From Flectonema sp. DT1601 (taxonomy: Eukaryota): a DNA stretch of 64,000 bases. The translations under genes and the position numbers were made by a program. The stretch lies in assembly GCA_964019425.1 (NCBI GenBank), contig OZ025792.1, positions 930,001 through 994,000 of the forward strand. The letters are read 5' to 3'. Below are positions 50,274-61,116 of the stretch, one piece after another. Within the stretch, counting starts at the first letter, position 1, and every line of letters starts with the position of its first letter. The notes beneath the pieces are model-generated. The model was given only the letters and a program-made list of their open reading frames with translations. It made no database searches and was not told the DNA's origin.

Positions 50274-51974
50274 CTAACGTTCTAATCGAAGTGTAACCAC
50301 CCCAGTCTTTAATATTTCTCCGAGTTTTTCGTTGTGGCTCGGCGTGGGGTGCTGTATCGATTCTGCTTAGAGTAAAGAATAATAATAGATATACTATTGG
50401 GGGTTTTTTGTTTTAAAAATAAAAAGCAGACATTTTAACATGTTAATTACGAACTGTTTTAAAGAACTAAAGGTAACACTTATCGCAGAATAGTGCGTAC
50501 CGGGAATAGCACTAAGCTGGACCATACATAAAGATAACAAAATAAAATGCTGAATCGATGCAGGTGCGATGTGTTTTCAAGAAAGTAAATCTCGCAATCG
50601 CTTTATTCAACCCAATTGGGGTTTTGTAAGTGACAGCGAGGTAGACTTTTGAGAACACTACAGCAACTGGTGAATCGCGAGTTTTTATTTATTTTGCTTT
50701 TTCCCCTTTCTTTTTCTGACTATATTTTCTTTCTTCATCATTTTTTTTTTAAATATCGATTGGTTTCGTTTCGTTTCTTTTCTTTTTTTTTTTTTTTTTC
50801 AGTTCGTTATTCTTAGTTGTTTCTGGTGGAAAGGTGCTGGTTTGCCCGACGAAGGAAAAAAATAAAAAAATCGGTAAACTTACTTTTTACTTTTTTACTC
50901 GCACTTCCTGCTTTTTTGTTCGTGCGCAACGGAACAAAATCCTAATAAAGGAATAGGTTAGTTACACATTAAAAAAAGACAGAATAAATATACAAATTGC
51001 CACCCCAGCAAGTCACGCAAAATGAAACCCTTACAAACAAAAACCGTATTATTTTTTTTTGTTTAACACAGATTCCTCGGCCCATCTATTTGTTAGACCC
51101 TTTTCAAGGATAGCCCCGTTAGTTAGTTATTTAATCCAAACGTTGCTGTATATAATGAGTGCTAGGTAACTCACAGCAACAGAGTACCCAATCCGTAGAG
51201 TAACCGTTTCCGAAGACTCGGTATAGATTTGTTGATTAGCTTCAACTGAAGTGATAAAAAGATTAAATTATATCAATCGTCAGCTTTCAACCTTGCCTAG
51301 CTTATTAGAATTATTGAACCACATATAATATTATATAAAAATAAAAAAATAGCTCTGCTAACAGGTATCTGTTGGAGAGAATATATTTGAAAAAAAAAAG
51401 AAAATAACAAAAATAATAATGATTTTCAGCTTTGCTTAGTGCAAATACTTGGATTTAAAAAAAAAAAAACAGAAGAGAGTTATCCCAGACAAACCTAACC
51501 AAAAAAAAAAAAAAAAAAAAGAGAAAAAGGCACCAGAAGCATATGTATCAAGTCTTCGGGTTTATTTCTCTCTTTTTTTAAAAAATATTCCTCATAAAGA
51601 CTTTTATTGTATTTCTTAAATAAGACACTTATTTTAACTCAATCACACTGATTACGGTAATGTCATTGCCGCAACGAGAGGAAAACTCACACCTGCGTCC
51701 CTAATAAAAGGTCGCATAGTTTTTCCATTAATGCCACGTTCGGAATACTCTCCGGCTTGAGAATAGTTCTTTATTTGATAAATTTGTTTTACTCAGACAC
51801 TAACTGCGATACACACTATAAAAAGAAAAGAGTATAAAAGTTATTTCTTTATATAGAACTTGGGAAAGCAAATCACAATTACCAATAAAAAAGAAACCAA
51901 ACCACACATAAAACATGGGTCCACAACTTAGTATACTTGGTGAGTATAATCTGAGCGGCAGATACAAAGCAACA

Positions 51975-52098
51975 TTATTTATTTATTACGAAGCCTAGGA
52001 AGCCAAAAAATCAGGAAAAGCTCACAGGGAAACAGTTATATCGCTACCAGCAACTGTGAGACTCTCACAGACGATGAGAGACGTTGAATAACCTGAAA
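51975..52098. repeat. Short dispersed repeat family A, copy 2
   Basis: Same orientation as 18334-18451. Both copies begin with (ttta)n-like sequence. Confidence 0.88.
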
Positions 52099-53036
52099 CA
52101 AATGACTACCTAAACCCAACGCCCGCGTGAGCAGACAGTGTTAGAGACGGCTGAAACACCAATTTTCGTCAAAGAGAGGGAGAACATGCTACGTGAGCAG
52201 AAAACATGAAAGCGACGAACGATCCCCAACAGTAACCGTAGGAGACCTGCAGGTTCATGGGAGGGGTATTAGAGAAAAGAACAGAAGACTCAGCGCATTC
52301 GCCTGCAAAGCGAACAAAGGTGAAGAATGGAATTATCAACAAAAACTATTTGTCTCAGTTAAACACTACCGGCAACACTACATATCAAAATACTGCGACT
52401 TACTTCAAGATTCATGCAAGCCTTCGTCATTCGATGGCAAGATAACCACGGGCACGGACAAACTTCAGCAATTATCAACAGCGTCAAGGAACAAAACAGA
52501 TTGCCCTATTTTACAACTGTTTTGTATCAAGGCCAACTAAAGAGAAATTTATAATACATACTTTTTGCAGTAATTGTGACTAAATCATTACCATCAAAGA
52601 ATCAACAACTTTCTTTTTTTGTAGACTCGCTAACGTGCGATAAAGAAAAACAAAGCCAACAACAAATAACATAATAATAAAAGAAATGAAAATAAAATAT
52701 AAAAAAAAAGAAACTGTTTTATTCAATATTACGTCCAACTCTCACTGAAGTAGGGACGGCGACGTTTCTGGCAGGTAACAAACAACACTTGTTTATAAAT
52801 CGCTAACAATAAAAGCTTTGTTACTTTGGTTGCTAATTGTTGGCAATCCCTCGCAGAACTGGGTTCCAGCAAGAAAAGGCTAACGTTTTTTATGTAGAAC
52901 AGAAAGAAGAAGGAAGAGAAAAGAATAAGAGAGTCGAAGCAACCTCATTCATTTTATACGCAAAAGCCGAGCCTACAATTAAAATAATTCAAACTATAAG
53001 GCTTTGCCTGTGTTTGTTTGTACTTCTTTTTTCTTT

Positions 53037-53282
53037 GAGATTTTCGCTATTGGGGTGCCTGATAATGTCATTTTCGCTATTCACTAAAAGCAGTAACTTT
53101 TTTTTCGCTGTTCACTAGAAGTGATAATTTTTTTTCGCCGTTCAGTAAAAGAAAATTTTTTTTTTCGCTGTTCACTACAAGTTACAAATTTTTTTTCGCT
53201 ATTCACTACAAGTTATAAATTTTTTTTCGCTATTCACTAGAAGTTGAAATTTTTTTTTCGCTGTTCACTACAAGTTACAACT
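53037..53282 (+). repeat. Left TIR with tandem subterminal units (about 31 bp, core TTTTCGCT[A/G]TTCA[C/G]TA)
   Basis: About seven consecutive units containing ttttcgc[t/c][a/g]ttca[c/g]ta follow the terminal motif. Confidence 0.9.
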
Positions 53283-53312
53283 TTTTCCACTGCCAAAAAA
53301 AAATTTTTTTCC

Positions 53313-53344
<32 letters not shown>

Positions 53345-53349
53345 CTTTT

Positions 53350-53945
53350 TCTTTTTCTTCTTTGCTGGGAACATGCTGGTACCTTGAACAATTTTTTTTG
53401 TCACTTGGACAAAAGCTTTGTGCCGTTTTACTTTCTATTCAGCACACTCATCTGTGGATTTATGATAATGGATTGATTGAAAGCCAATAACACAAACGGT
53501 CAAAGATGTGATGACTTGGGAAATGATAAAAGTAATCTTTCTGGAACTTCTGCTCAGTACATGCAAATGCATCTTGACACGCGGGAACCCTTCGGGCAGT
53601 ACTGCGCTCTTGATAATTCAAAGTAGCCTTAAAAAAGCTCTCATGCCTGCATGAGTTAGATACCCTGATAACCCGGTCAGAAACAGGAGTGTCGCTTGCG
53701 ACCAGGCTGTCTGTAACTCGCAGGTGTCTTGACTTTGAAATTCGGTTGGAATGACGTGTAAGAGGACAACAGTTCTCTGTAAGGTGACCCAGCCCTGCAC
53801 ACATACCGTTCTTTGCATGCACTCAGTAAATTTTTCAGAGGCTGAGCACACTATCAGGACCTGACGAACAACCCAACCTTTCCGTGAGTACTTGTCTTTG
53901 CTAATCTCGTCAAGCCAGATGAACATCATACAAACGTTATCTCAA
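53350..53945 (-). pseudogene. Degraded antisense reading frame of unknown function inside the MULE
   Basis: The 53618-53929 ORF continues in frame past TGA (IIKSAVLPEGFPRV...GFQSIHYHKSTDECAE*), giving about 200 codons with two stops. It is homologous to 1400-1720. Confidence 0.45.
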
Positions 53946-54177
53946 CATCCGTGTGCGGGTGATATCTTCCTCATCTCGGTTTAGCCCTGCACCATCTGCG
54001 GATTCTCGAAGGAAACTGGTCGGCTACGATGCTTCGTTCGGTAAAACGTACAAGTTCCTAATCATAAACGTTTTTCTTTCTCTCTAGGCTTTTACTCTTT
54101 ACTACGAACTCTTATTCTCAATCTCTAAGATAGTTGAAACTCAACCTGCTGCCACTGAAACTCAGCCTGCCTCAGCT

Positions 54178-55085
54178 TTGGCTGACACAAGACCTAGTAT
54201 TGAGGGAACCTTTCAATCCTTTGATGCACTTCGCGCGAGGGTAACCCTCGCTTCTTGTTCTTCGGGAAGGGGGTTTAAGACAAGCCACGTAGTGGGGAAA
54301 AGGGTGAACATTCACGTGCACAAACGCATGTGGGTGGAAAGTATGTGCCACAGCAACAGACGAAGGTTGCTACCACATAACGCGTGTGGTTCTCCGGCAC
54401 GACAGCACGTGTGCTGCTGGAGAAAGCAGCTCCTACGGTATGAAGAATACTGTCTCATACCTTGCTGCTGAAAAGTGTAGGTATGCCTGCCTGCCTGCCT
54501 CATAATTGTCTGGTTGGTTACTATTAGTTTTTGCCACAACACTAAACATAGGTCTCTAGGAGAGAAATACACCGCGGCGTGTTTAATCGCAGACATGAAG
54601 GAGAAGGGGGTCGTGATAAAGAAGGACACCGCCTATCGCGCGCTGCAGAAGGCGGATAGGGAGATCAACGGGGATCCCCACGACGGGTACAAATTCTTAG
54701 AGTCGTGGTGCCGCGCAGCGGAGGTGGCAAACCCTGGGACTAAGTGGCACATTGCGGACAAGGACGGACGATTTTGTCATTTGTTCCTCGCCCTTTCGCA
54801 AAACATTGTCCCCAAGGTTTTGGGGTGACCGATGGGTGCTCCCTGAAAGGGTACTACGTCGGGAACTTTCTAACGTTGTTGGGCATGGATGCTTCTGGGC
54901 GAGAGTTCCCAGTTGCCTTTGCCATCACAGGAAACGAGAGCAAAAAAACCTGGGGATGGTTTTTTGACAAGTGTCGCAGCACGCTTGGTGAAGATTTTTT
55001 CGACGGGTATGCACTGATGTCAGACCAGCAGAAAGGCCTCGACACAGCGATGAAAAAGTCGTTCCAACCTGGCGGAGAGCTTTAA
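54178..55085 (+). pseudogene. Disrupted MuDR/MULE transposase
   Basis: Collinear fragments in different frames: EGTFQSFDALRARV (N-terminal DNA-binding-like), then TAYRALQKA...GDPHDGYKFL...NPGT...GRFCHLFLAL, then after a frameshift near 54820 DGCSLKGYYVGNFLTLLGMDASGREFPVAFA...ESKKTWGWFF...MSDQQKGL (MULE catalytic core with the first two Asp). Truncated before the CxxH motif and the catalytic Glu. Confidence 0.9.
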
Positions 55086-55209
55086 CGCCTCCTTATTTTT
55101 TTCCATTTATTCACAGATTTGTATGAAAATGTTCAAGGATATTTTGGTGGCAAAAAAAGTGTCAATTTTTTTTTTTTTTTTTTTTGAATTTTTTTTTTTT
55201 TTTTTTTTT

Positions 55210-55380
55210 CATGAACAGCGAAAAATTTTTTTTTTTTGTTACTGAATGGAGAAAAAAAATTATCACTTTCAGTGAATAGCGAAAAAAAATTATCATATTC
55301 AGTGAACAGCGAAAAAAAAAAAAATTCTTTTACTGAATAGCGAAAATGGAATTATTGGACCCCCCAATAGCGAAAATCTC
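55210..55380 (-). repeat. Right TIR with inverted copies of the same subterminal unit
   Basis: About five units resembling tgaa[t/c]agcgaaaa precede the terminal motif. Confidence 0.88.
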
Positions 55381-55850
55381 TTTTTCTTTTCTTTTTTTTT
55401 TTGTTTTTGCTATATTATTTTGTTCTTTTGTATTCTGTTCTAAAGAGCTTGATTTCCTTGTATGTTTATTGCTAATCATTTCTTTTTTTTATTATTTATT
55501 TTTCTAAGGGAAAACCTACAAGTCTACCGTGAATGAATACCAGCGAAAGTTCGACAAGGCAGTTGCTGTCGTATATGCGTACTTACAATTCTGTGTGGAC
55601 TTGACGGTTTTCCCTGTTAAAAGTCGCAGGTGTATTTTATTTTGTGGAGGAAGAAAACATCAAAAAAAAAAAAAAAAAAAAAAAAGAAAAGAAAATGAAA
55701 AATAATCAGTTGTCTTTATTTAAAATTATGTCTCCTAATTGATAACCAAAATCTCTTCAACAATCCGTTTTTTGAAGTCTGGGTCCCTGCCTGTTTCCGT
55801 ACTTGAAGATAAAGTAAAAAAAAAGACAATTCCAAAATTACGTATTCTTT

Positions 55851-55987
55851 TTTTGTACCGACGTAGTCGGAGAAGAAACTATTCAGATTGAAAACCGATT
55901 ATTTCTTATGGTCATGATTTATTTTCCCCGTGCGACAGGATTTTGTCTGCGTTCAACGAAATATAAGGTTAATCTGAATGGTTTTTT
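55851..55987. repeat. Short dispersed repeat family B, long form
   Basis: Shares both blocks with 21458-21515 and contains an internal inverted repeat (aaactattcagatt / aatctgaatggttt). Confidence 0.8.
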
Positions 55988-58299
55988 CTACCAACCCCAA
56001 GATACTGAAAACGAATGAATTAAAAAAAAATAAAAAGTCAACTCGCCCAATTCAAATCCGCTTAAATTCAAAAAAAAAAAAAAATTAGTAAGCAAAAAAG
56101 TAAACGAAGAGTTAGTTAGTATTTAGCTATATTAGCAGGGGTTATCACAAATAAATAAAATTATAATATAATTAAAAATCAATCAATAAACCTGTCTGTA
56201 CTATAGAATGAGTTAGTTATTTATGCCGTCATTGCCGGATAGTATGAGTACTAGGAAGCTCACAGCAACAGAAAAGAGAAATTACCTATCTCAACGGGAG
56301 TATGTTAAGAACGAAAAACACAACAAAAAAAAATCGTTTTTTCGGAAATGTTTTTGCTGGATAAAAACACAAGTGGATAACAGCAAAAACACTCTACGAT
56401 GAGGGAAAAAATACACATAACAGGACCCAACTCAGGTTGCAACTGAAATACACATTCCGCTCCATATTTTCTTTTCTTTTTAGTGACACGAGATCTATTA
56501 TGCACATGATGGGAGAGTATGCCTCTGCGACCAAGGCTGCAAATGTTAGTTCAGTGAGTTGTATTCCCGGAATTCCGGGTGTGTTGGTTTGTATTCAGGG
56601 AATACTCGTACTGGACTATTGTGTGTCTTTAATCAACACCGTCTGAGCAAAGGAGTTTACTAACATTTTGGTGTATAGTAACTGTTGTAACCTGAGCGCG
56701 TTTCCGCGCTTTGTACAAACCTATTCACGTGATTAGCACTTGTACTCTGCTCATAAACGGGTTGTCACTCACCTTCAACCTGGGTACAGAGTGATGGGAA
56801 GTTGAAATGTTTGAATATATTTATGAATAAATATCTGTATCGTACCAGAGTTAATAGTTATGACACAGTTGACTAAAGGTAATGTTAGTATAGGTAAACA
56901 CTCTGCAGATGACGTGAGAGGACTTTACATTATAATAAATGGTTCTAACTTAGCTGCATACACATCTCTTTTTCCGTGTTGTCATTCATTGCAGTACGCG
57001 AGCCCCTGGAAATCAAAACCAATACGGCAGAGTGTAGGTTTCACCTATTAATTACTTCATCAATAAATAAATGATTTTTTAAAAAAAATTGCAAGGGGGG
57101 AACATCATAATTTCATTCATTAATCCTGTAATTCGTATCTACGTACGCAGAGTGAAGTCACTCACGGTACGAGACTTGTAGACCTTCCACAATGACAGTA
57201 ATAAAACTAAAGGAGTAATACATATTTAGGGGAAGCGTGTATGTAAAGATTCATACTACTATTAAACTTCCGGCCTTCTTTTTTTTTCTTTTTTCTCTTT
57301 TCAAACAAATAAAATAAAAACAAAATAAAACAAAACAACAGGAGAATCTCGCATGCCATCTGATAAGTGACCCTCTCCAGGTTTTTTATCCACATTTCCA
57401 TCCACTGTCAGATAACATTGTAATTAATACTCATGGTAAACACCATACTAAGGGATGGTTGCGTTTTAAAAGGGTCGTCCGTTAACCCAGTGAGTATATT
57501 CGTTTAATTTGTAATTCAGGGATTTTCGACTAAAAAGGGAAAGGCGAAGTGTCTGTGGGTTGCTTTTGGGCGGCTATGCTATCCCAGAGGACAGGGGACA
57601 GTCACGGCTAAGAAAAATGGTCAGAACATGGTTTATTTTCCCAGGACAGAGCTACAAGTAAATGGATAAGTCTAATCAGCTATAAACGCACCTCAAGTAC
57701 CAAATAGTAATAGTTCATCATCTTGGTGACGATTATGATTCAGAAAGAAAAATGAATTAGAGGAAACGAACCCTGAATTAAGGATTTTACATAGCTGAAT
57801 AAGAAATAAGTTAAGTGGAGAAACTCACACAGAAAAAAAAAAAAAAAAAAAAGAAAAAAAGAAAAAAGAAAAGCATAAATAATAAGAACAAAATATAAGA
57901 CATTACTCCCAAAGAGTGTCTGTGAAAAGAAAAAGTTATTCACTCAAAATGACGAATGCATGTGGAAAGGTGGTTGAAGGTCAAACAGAACGACATGCAT
58001 TTTGCTACTTTTTCCTTACAGACATTAGGAGATTTGTATATTTAAAACAAAAATAAAAAAACTCACAGCAGAGTAGTCGCACAATTTAAAGCACCCAAGA
58101 AGGTGAAGAAACTATGTAGGCAATTAACACTCTGCGATGCCGAAACAGAAATCAAAGGTGAACAGATATTTTCAACATGACAACAGAAATAAAAAAAAAA
58201 AAAAAAAGCTGTATATACAAAAAGATAGAAAGAACGAAAGAGAAAAAAATAATATATTTAATAAGCTGTATGTGTGCCTTTGCAAATAATAAAAAACAC

Positions 58300-59277
58300 T
58301 CAGAATGTTCCATTTGGTGTTAAGAAAACCGGATTAGATGTAAGTGTTGTTGACGGATTGGAAGGTGTAACCGCTGTCGAAGGAGGAGCAACATAAGGAT
58401 TTTCATCAGCAGCACGCTCAGAAATCCTCCACCTTCGATACTCCATGAATACAAGTACAGAAAAACTCAGTAAAATAAGCGCTGCAGGTATAGCCCATGT
58501 CAACATTGTATCAACCTCCTCATCATCAGTAGGGCTACTTACAGGTGTATTCACTTCTGACACATTAGGTTTGGCTGGAGCCACATCCGGTGAGGTAGTG
58601 GATATATTATCACTTTTATGAAAGAATACCATTTTTGAGTCTTCCGAAGTCATCTCTACAGGAGGATAATTACTCATTGGATACACAGGACTATCTGGAA
58701 TAGGAGTTGCAGTGGGTATCGGTGCATTGGATACCAACGTTGTAGGAACATTACTTACAGGATCATCTTCCTCTACTAATGTAACAGTTGCTGTTGAAAC
58801 AACTACCGGAACAGCCGTAGGTACTGCAGTCGGAACTATTGTAACAACTGGATTTGGAACTGGAGTCGGTGCTGGTGTAGAACATCTATATTCACATAAG
58901 TTATAACATTCCCAAGTGAGCAGACCTGATAAGGCTCTACAACTGTCACCTGGAAAGTCTGTACCTCCAACATTATATACCAACTTATAAGTTCTCCAAA
59001 GTGCTGATGCCGCTGCATCAGGTTGATAATAACAACCTTGTGGGTAATCAGCTGGGGAGATAAGAATCCCTAAAGGAGTATAAGCAGTACCAGACTGTGA
59101 TAAAACAGATTGAAGAGCCGCTTCACAATCAGCTGCAGAAGTAATAGTGTAGTGGTTTAATGAGTTGTCACAGTTACCACCAGTACTTCTGACGTATTCG
59201 CCACATAGCTGTCCAACGCAGCCGATAATCCCACTCAGAACGACCAGCAGCTGCAGGACCGCTGCTTCACGTAACAT
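58300..59277 (-). CDS. Type I membrane protein: Cys-rich ectodomain, Pro/Thr/Val-rich stalk, one TM helix
   Basis: 325 aa: signal peptide, ITSAADCEAA...PQGCYY, PTAV repeats, TM WAIPAALILLSFSVLVFM and a cytosolic ENPYVAPP motif. Confidence 0.8.
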   Translation of the reverse strand: MLREAAVLQLLVVLSGIIGCVGQLCGEYVRSTGGNCDNSLNHYTITSAADCEAALQSVLSQSGTAYTPLGILISPADYPQGCYYQPDAAASALWRTYKLVYNVGGTDFPGDSCRALSGLLTWECYNLCEYRCSTPAPTPVPNPVVTIVPTAVPTAVPVVVSTATVTLVEEDDPVSNVPTTLVSNAPIPTATPIPDSPVYPMSNYPPVEMTSEDSKMVFFHKSDNISTTSPDVAPAKPNVSEVNTPVSSPTDDEEVDTMLTWAIPAALILLSFSVLVFMEYRRWRISERAADENPYVAPPSTAVTPSNPSTTLTSNPVFLTPNGTF

Positions 59278-59593
59278 ATCATCAATGACGACCTGTAAAT
59301 AAAAAACTCAATTTATGTGGAGCAAAACTACAAAAACGCGCAAACATTATAAACTACGACACTGTTTTATTAACTCTTCCTTTTGAAATCTAAAAGACGT
59401 GTCCTTCAATTAATTTTTTCCAATTAAATATCCCTTCTCTTTTCTTTTCTTTTTCCCTCGTTTTTTTTTTTTTGTTTTGTTTTGTTCGCTTCTTACTTCT
59501 GAAATTGTCCTGACCAGGTCAGTAATAAAAATAGAAATTATAAGCAAAGAACGCCAGTACCAAAATGTGTATTAATTTGATCCTTTTTGGTTG

Positions 59594-59947
59594 CTAGTTG
59601 TCGATTGAGAGAATTTCGATTTCAAAGTTCAAAGTTGCCTTTGGTGGGATTCCCCACGCAGGGAATCCACCAGCACCGTAACCCTCGTCAGCTGGGATGA
59701 TGATATTTCTAGTCTCACCAATAGCCATTCCTAAACATCCGTGATCCCATCCTTTAATGACTCCTCCTACACCAGCCTGGTAGCTGAATGGACTCTGTCC
59801 TGCGTCTTTTGTACTCCAGAATTTCTTGTTTGTTTCCTGAACGATACCAGTAGCGTGAACAGTTACCTTATCTTCCTTCTTCACAGTTCTTCCTGATCCT
59901 GCCTTGAGGATCTGGTATGTTGTGCGAAGTCCTGGAATGGTCTGCAT
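59594..59947 (-). CDS. FKBP12: FKBP-type peptidyl-prolyl isomerase, FKBP12-like, 117 aa
   Basis: Start MQTIPG at 59947. Motifs VTVHATG, KKFWSTKD, VIKGWD and YGAGGFPAWGIPPKATLNFEIE. Confidence 0.93.
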   Translation of the reverse strand: MQTIPGLRTTYQILKAGSGRTVKKEDKVTVHATGIVQETNKKFWSTKDAGQSPFSYQAGVGGVIKGWDHGCLGMAIGETRNIIIPADEGYGAGGFPAWGIPPKATLNFEIEILSIDN

Positions 59948-60300
59948 TTTGTTTAAAGGGGGGTTTTTTCTTTTTTTTTTTTTTAAAGTTATCCTGAGGG
60001 AGGGGGAAAGGATGCTATCAGAGCTATTATCACGTCTTCTATTTCGCATTGAGGGCGAAAAAAAAAAAAAAAAAAAAACACCCCTCGTGCCTACAAGCAC
60101 AGCAGGCAGGCGTTTCTCATACAATAAAAAAATCACTGAAACAATACCATGGTAACACGTTAACTGTAACTGGAAAAGGGTCAAATTATCTTTTAACAAG
60201 GGAAGATGACCGTATTTTTTATTTATTTATTTATTTTTTTTTTTGTTATTATTATTTTTTTTTCCCCTTCAAATATTATAAGAAACATGCGTGGAACGAG

Positions 60301-60331
<31 letters not shown>

Positions 60332-61116
60332 GATTAACTTTAAACTTTAGTAACAACAACAAATGGTCAGCTGAATATTTCCTCCGTCTCAAAGCACTGT
60401 GAACTTAGATAAAGTAGCATTGTAGCATTCTTTACCTTTGCTCTATTCGGCTCGGATCGCATACTTTATTTTAATTACGCCACATGCAAAACGATGATCT
60501 CAAAAATGAAATTAAAGCATTCTGAGAAAAGAAATCACGCACTGATTGCTTGGTGATGACAGTAAACACCTGTAATCATCAAAAATGTAACTTAAAGGGA
60601 CATTTCAAAAGTAAACAAGAACCGGATAAAGAAAGTTAGAAAAGATACTTTTCCACCAGAGAGAAAAAAAAACAACAAAAAAAATTATTTATAATTTTAT
60701 TTAGCTCAAAAAGGGTACAAGTCAAGAAGGAGATTTCTTATAATAAGTGAATTAAAAAAAGGAAGAAGAAGAAATATGAAAGCAGAAAACCCCCACACAC
60801 CGAAAAAATAAATGAAACAGAAGCTCTTTCATTTATGAAAACAGCAAAGGGCTAGCATGGACGAAAACTTAAGAATATATCCTAGTGTAATGCCCTCACC
60901 AAAATGGACATTACTAGAATTTTTTCATTTATTTCCTTGAAGTTGAAACCAGGAAACAATTATTGATCGCGAACAAAAAAAAAAAAAAAAAAAAAAATTG
61001 ACACGACGAGTGAACATCACCCATTTCACAAAAATAGACACTCGCAGGGGGGTTGGAATCGGTAGTTAGAAAGGTTATCCAATTAACATGCTATCAAGAT
61101 AAAAAAAAACCAAAAG

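Larger units (their letters stand above)
53037..55380 (+). mobile_element. Defective Mutator-like (MULE) DNA transposon, 2344 bp, with TIRs and 9-bp TSD
   Basis: The left end gagattttcgctattgggg (53037) is the reverse complement of the right end ccccaatagcgaaaatctc (55380). TTTTTCTTT flanks both sides (53028-53036 and 55381-55389). A MULE transposase remnant lies inside. Confidence 0.93.

Noticed and set aside
52193..52540. 115-aa ORF next to repeat family A, considered as a retroelement remnant
   Set aside because: No reverse transcriptase, endonuclease or other motif was recognised on either strand.
53070..53282. Regularly spaced repeats resembling a CRISPR array
   Set aside because: The intervening sequences are short and similar to each other, inverted copies occur at the other end of the element, there are no cas genes, and the context is eukaryotic. 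They are transposon subterminal repeats.
59948..60199. 84-aa N-terminal extension of the FKBP ORF
   Set aside because: It has a non-ATG start and crosses poly-T and poly-A tracts. The FKBP domain is complete from ATG 59947.
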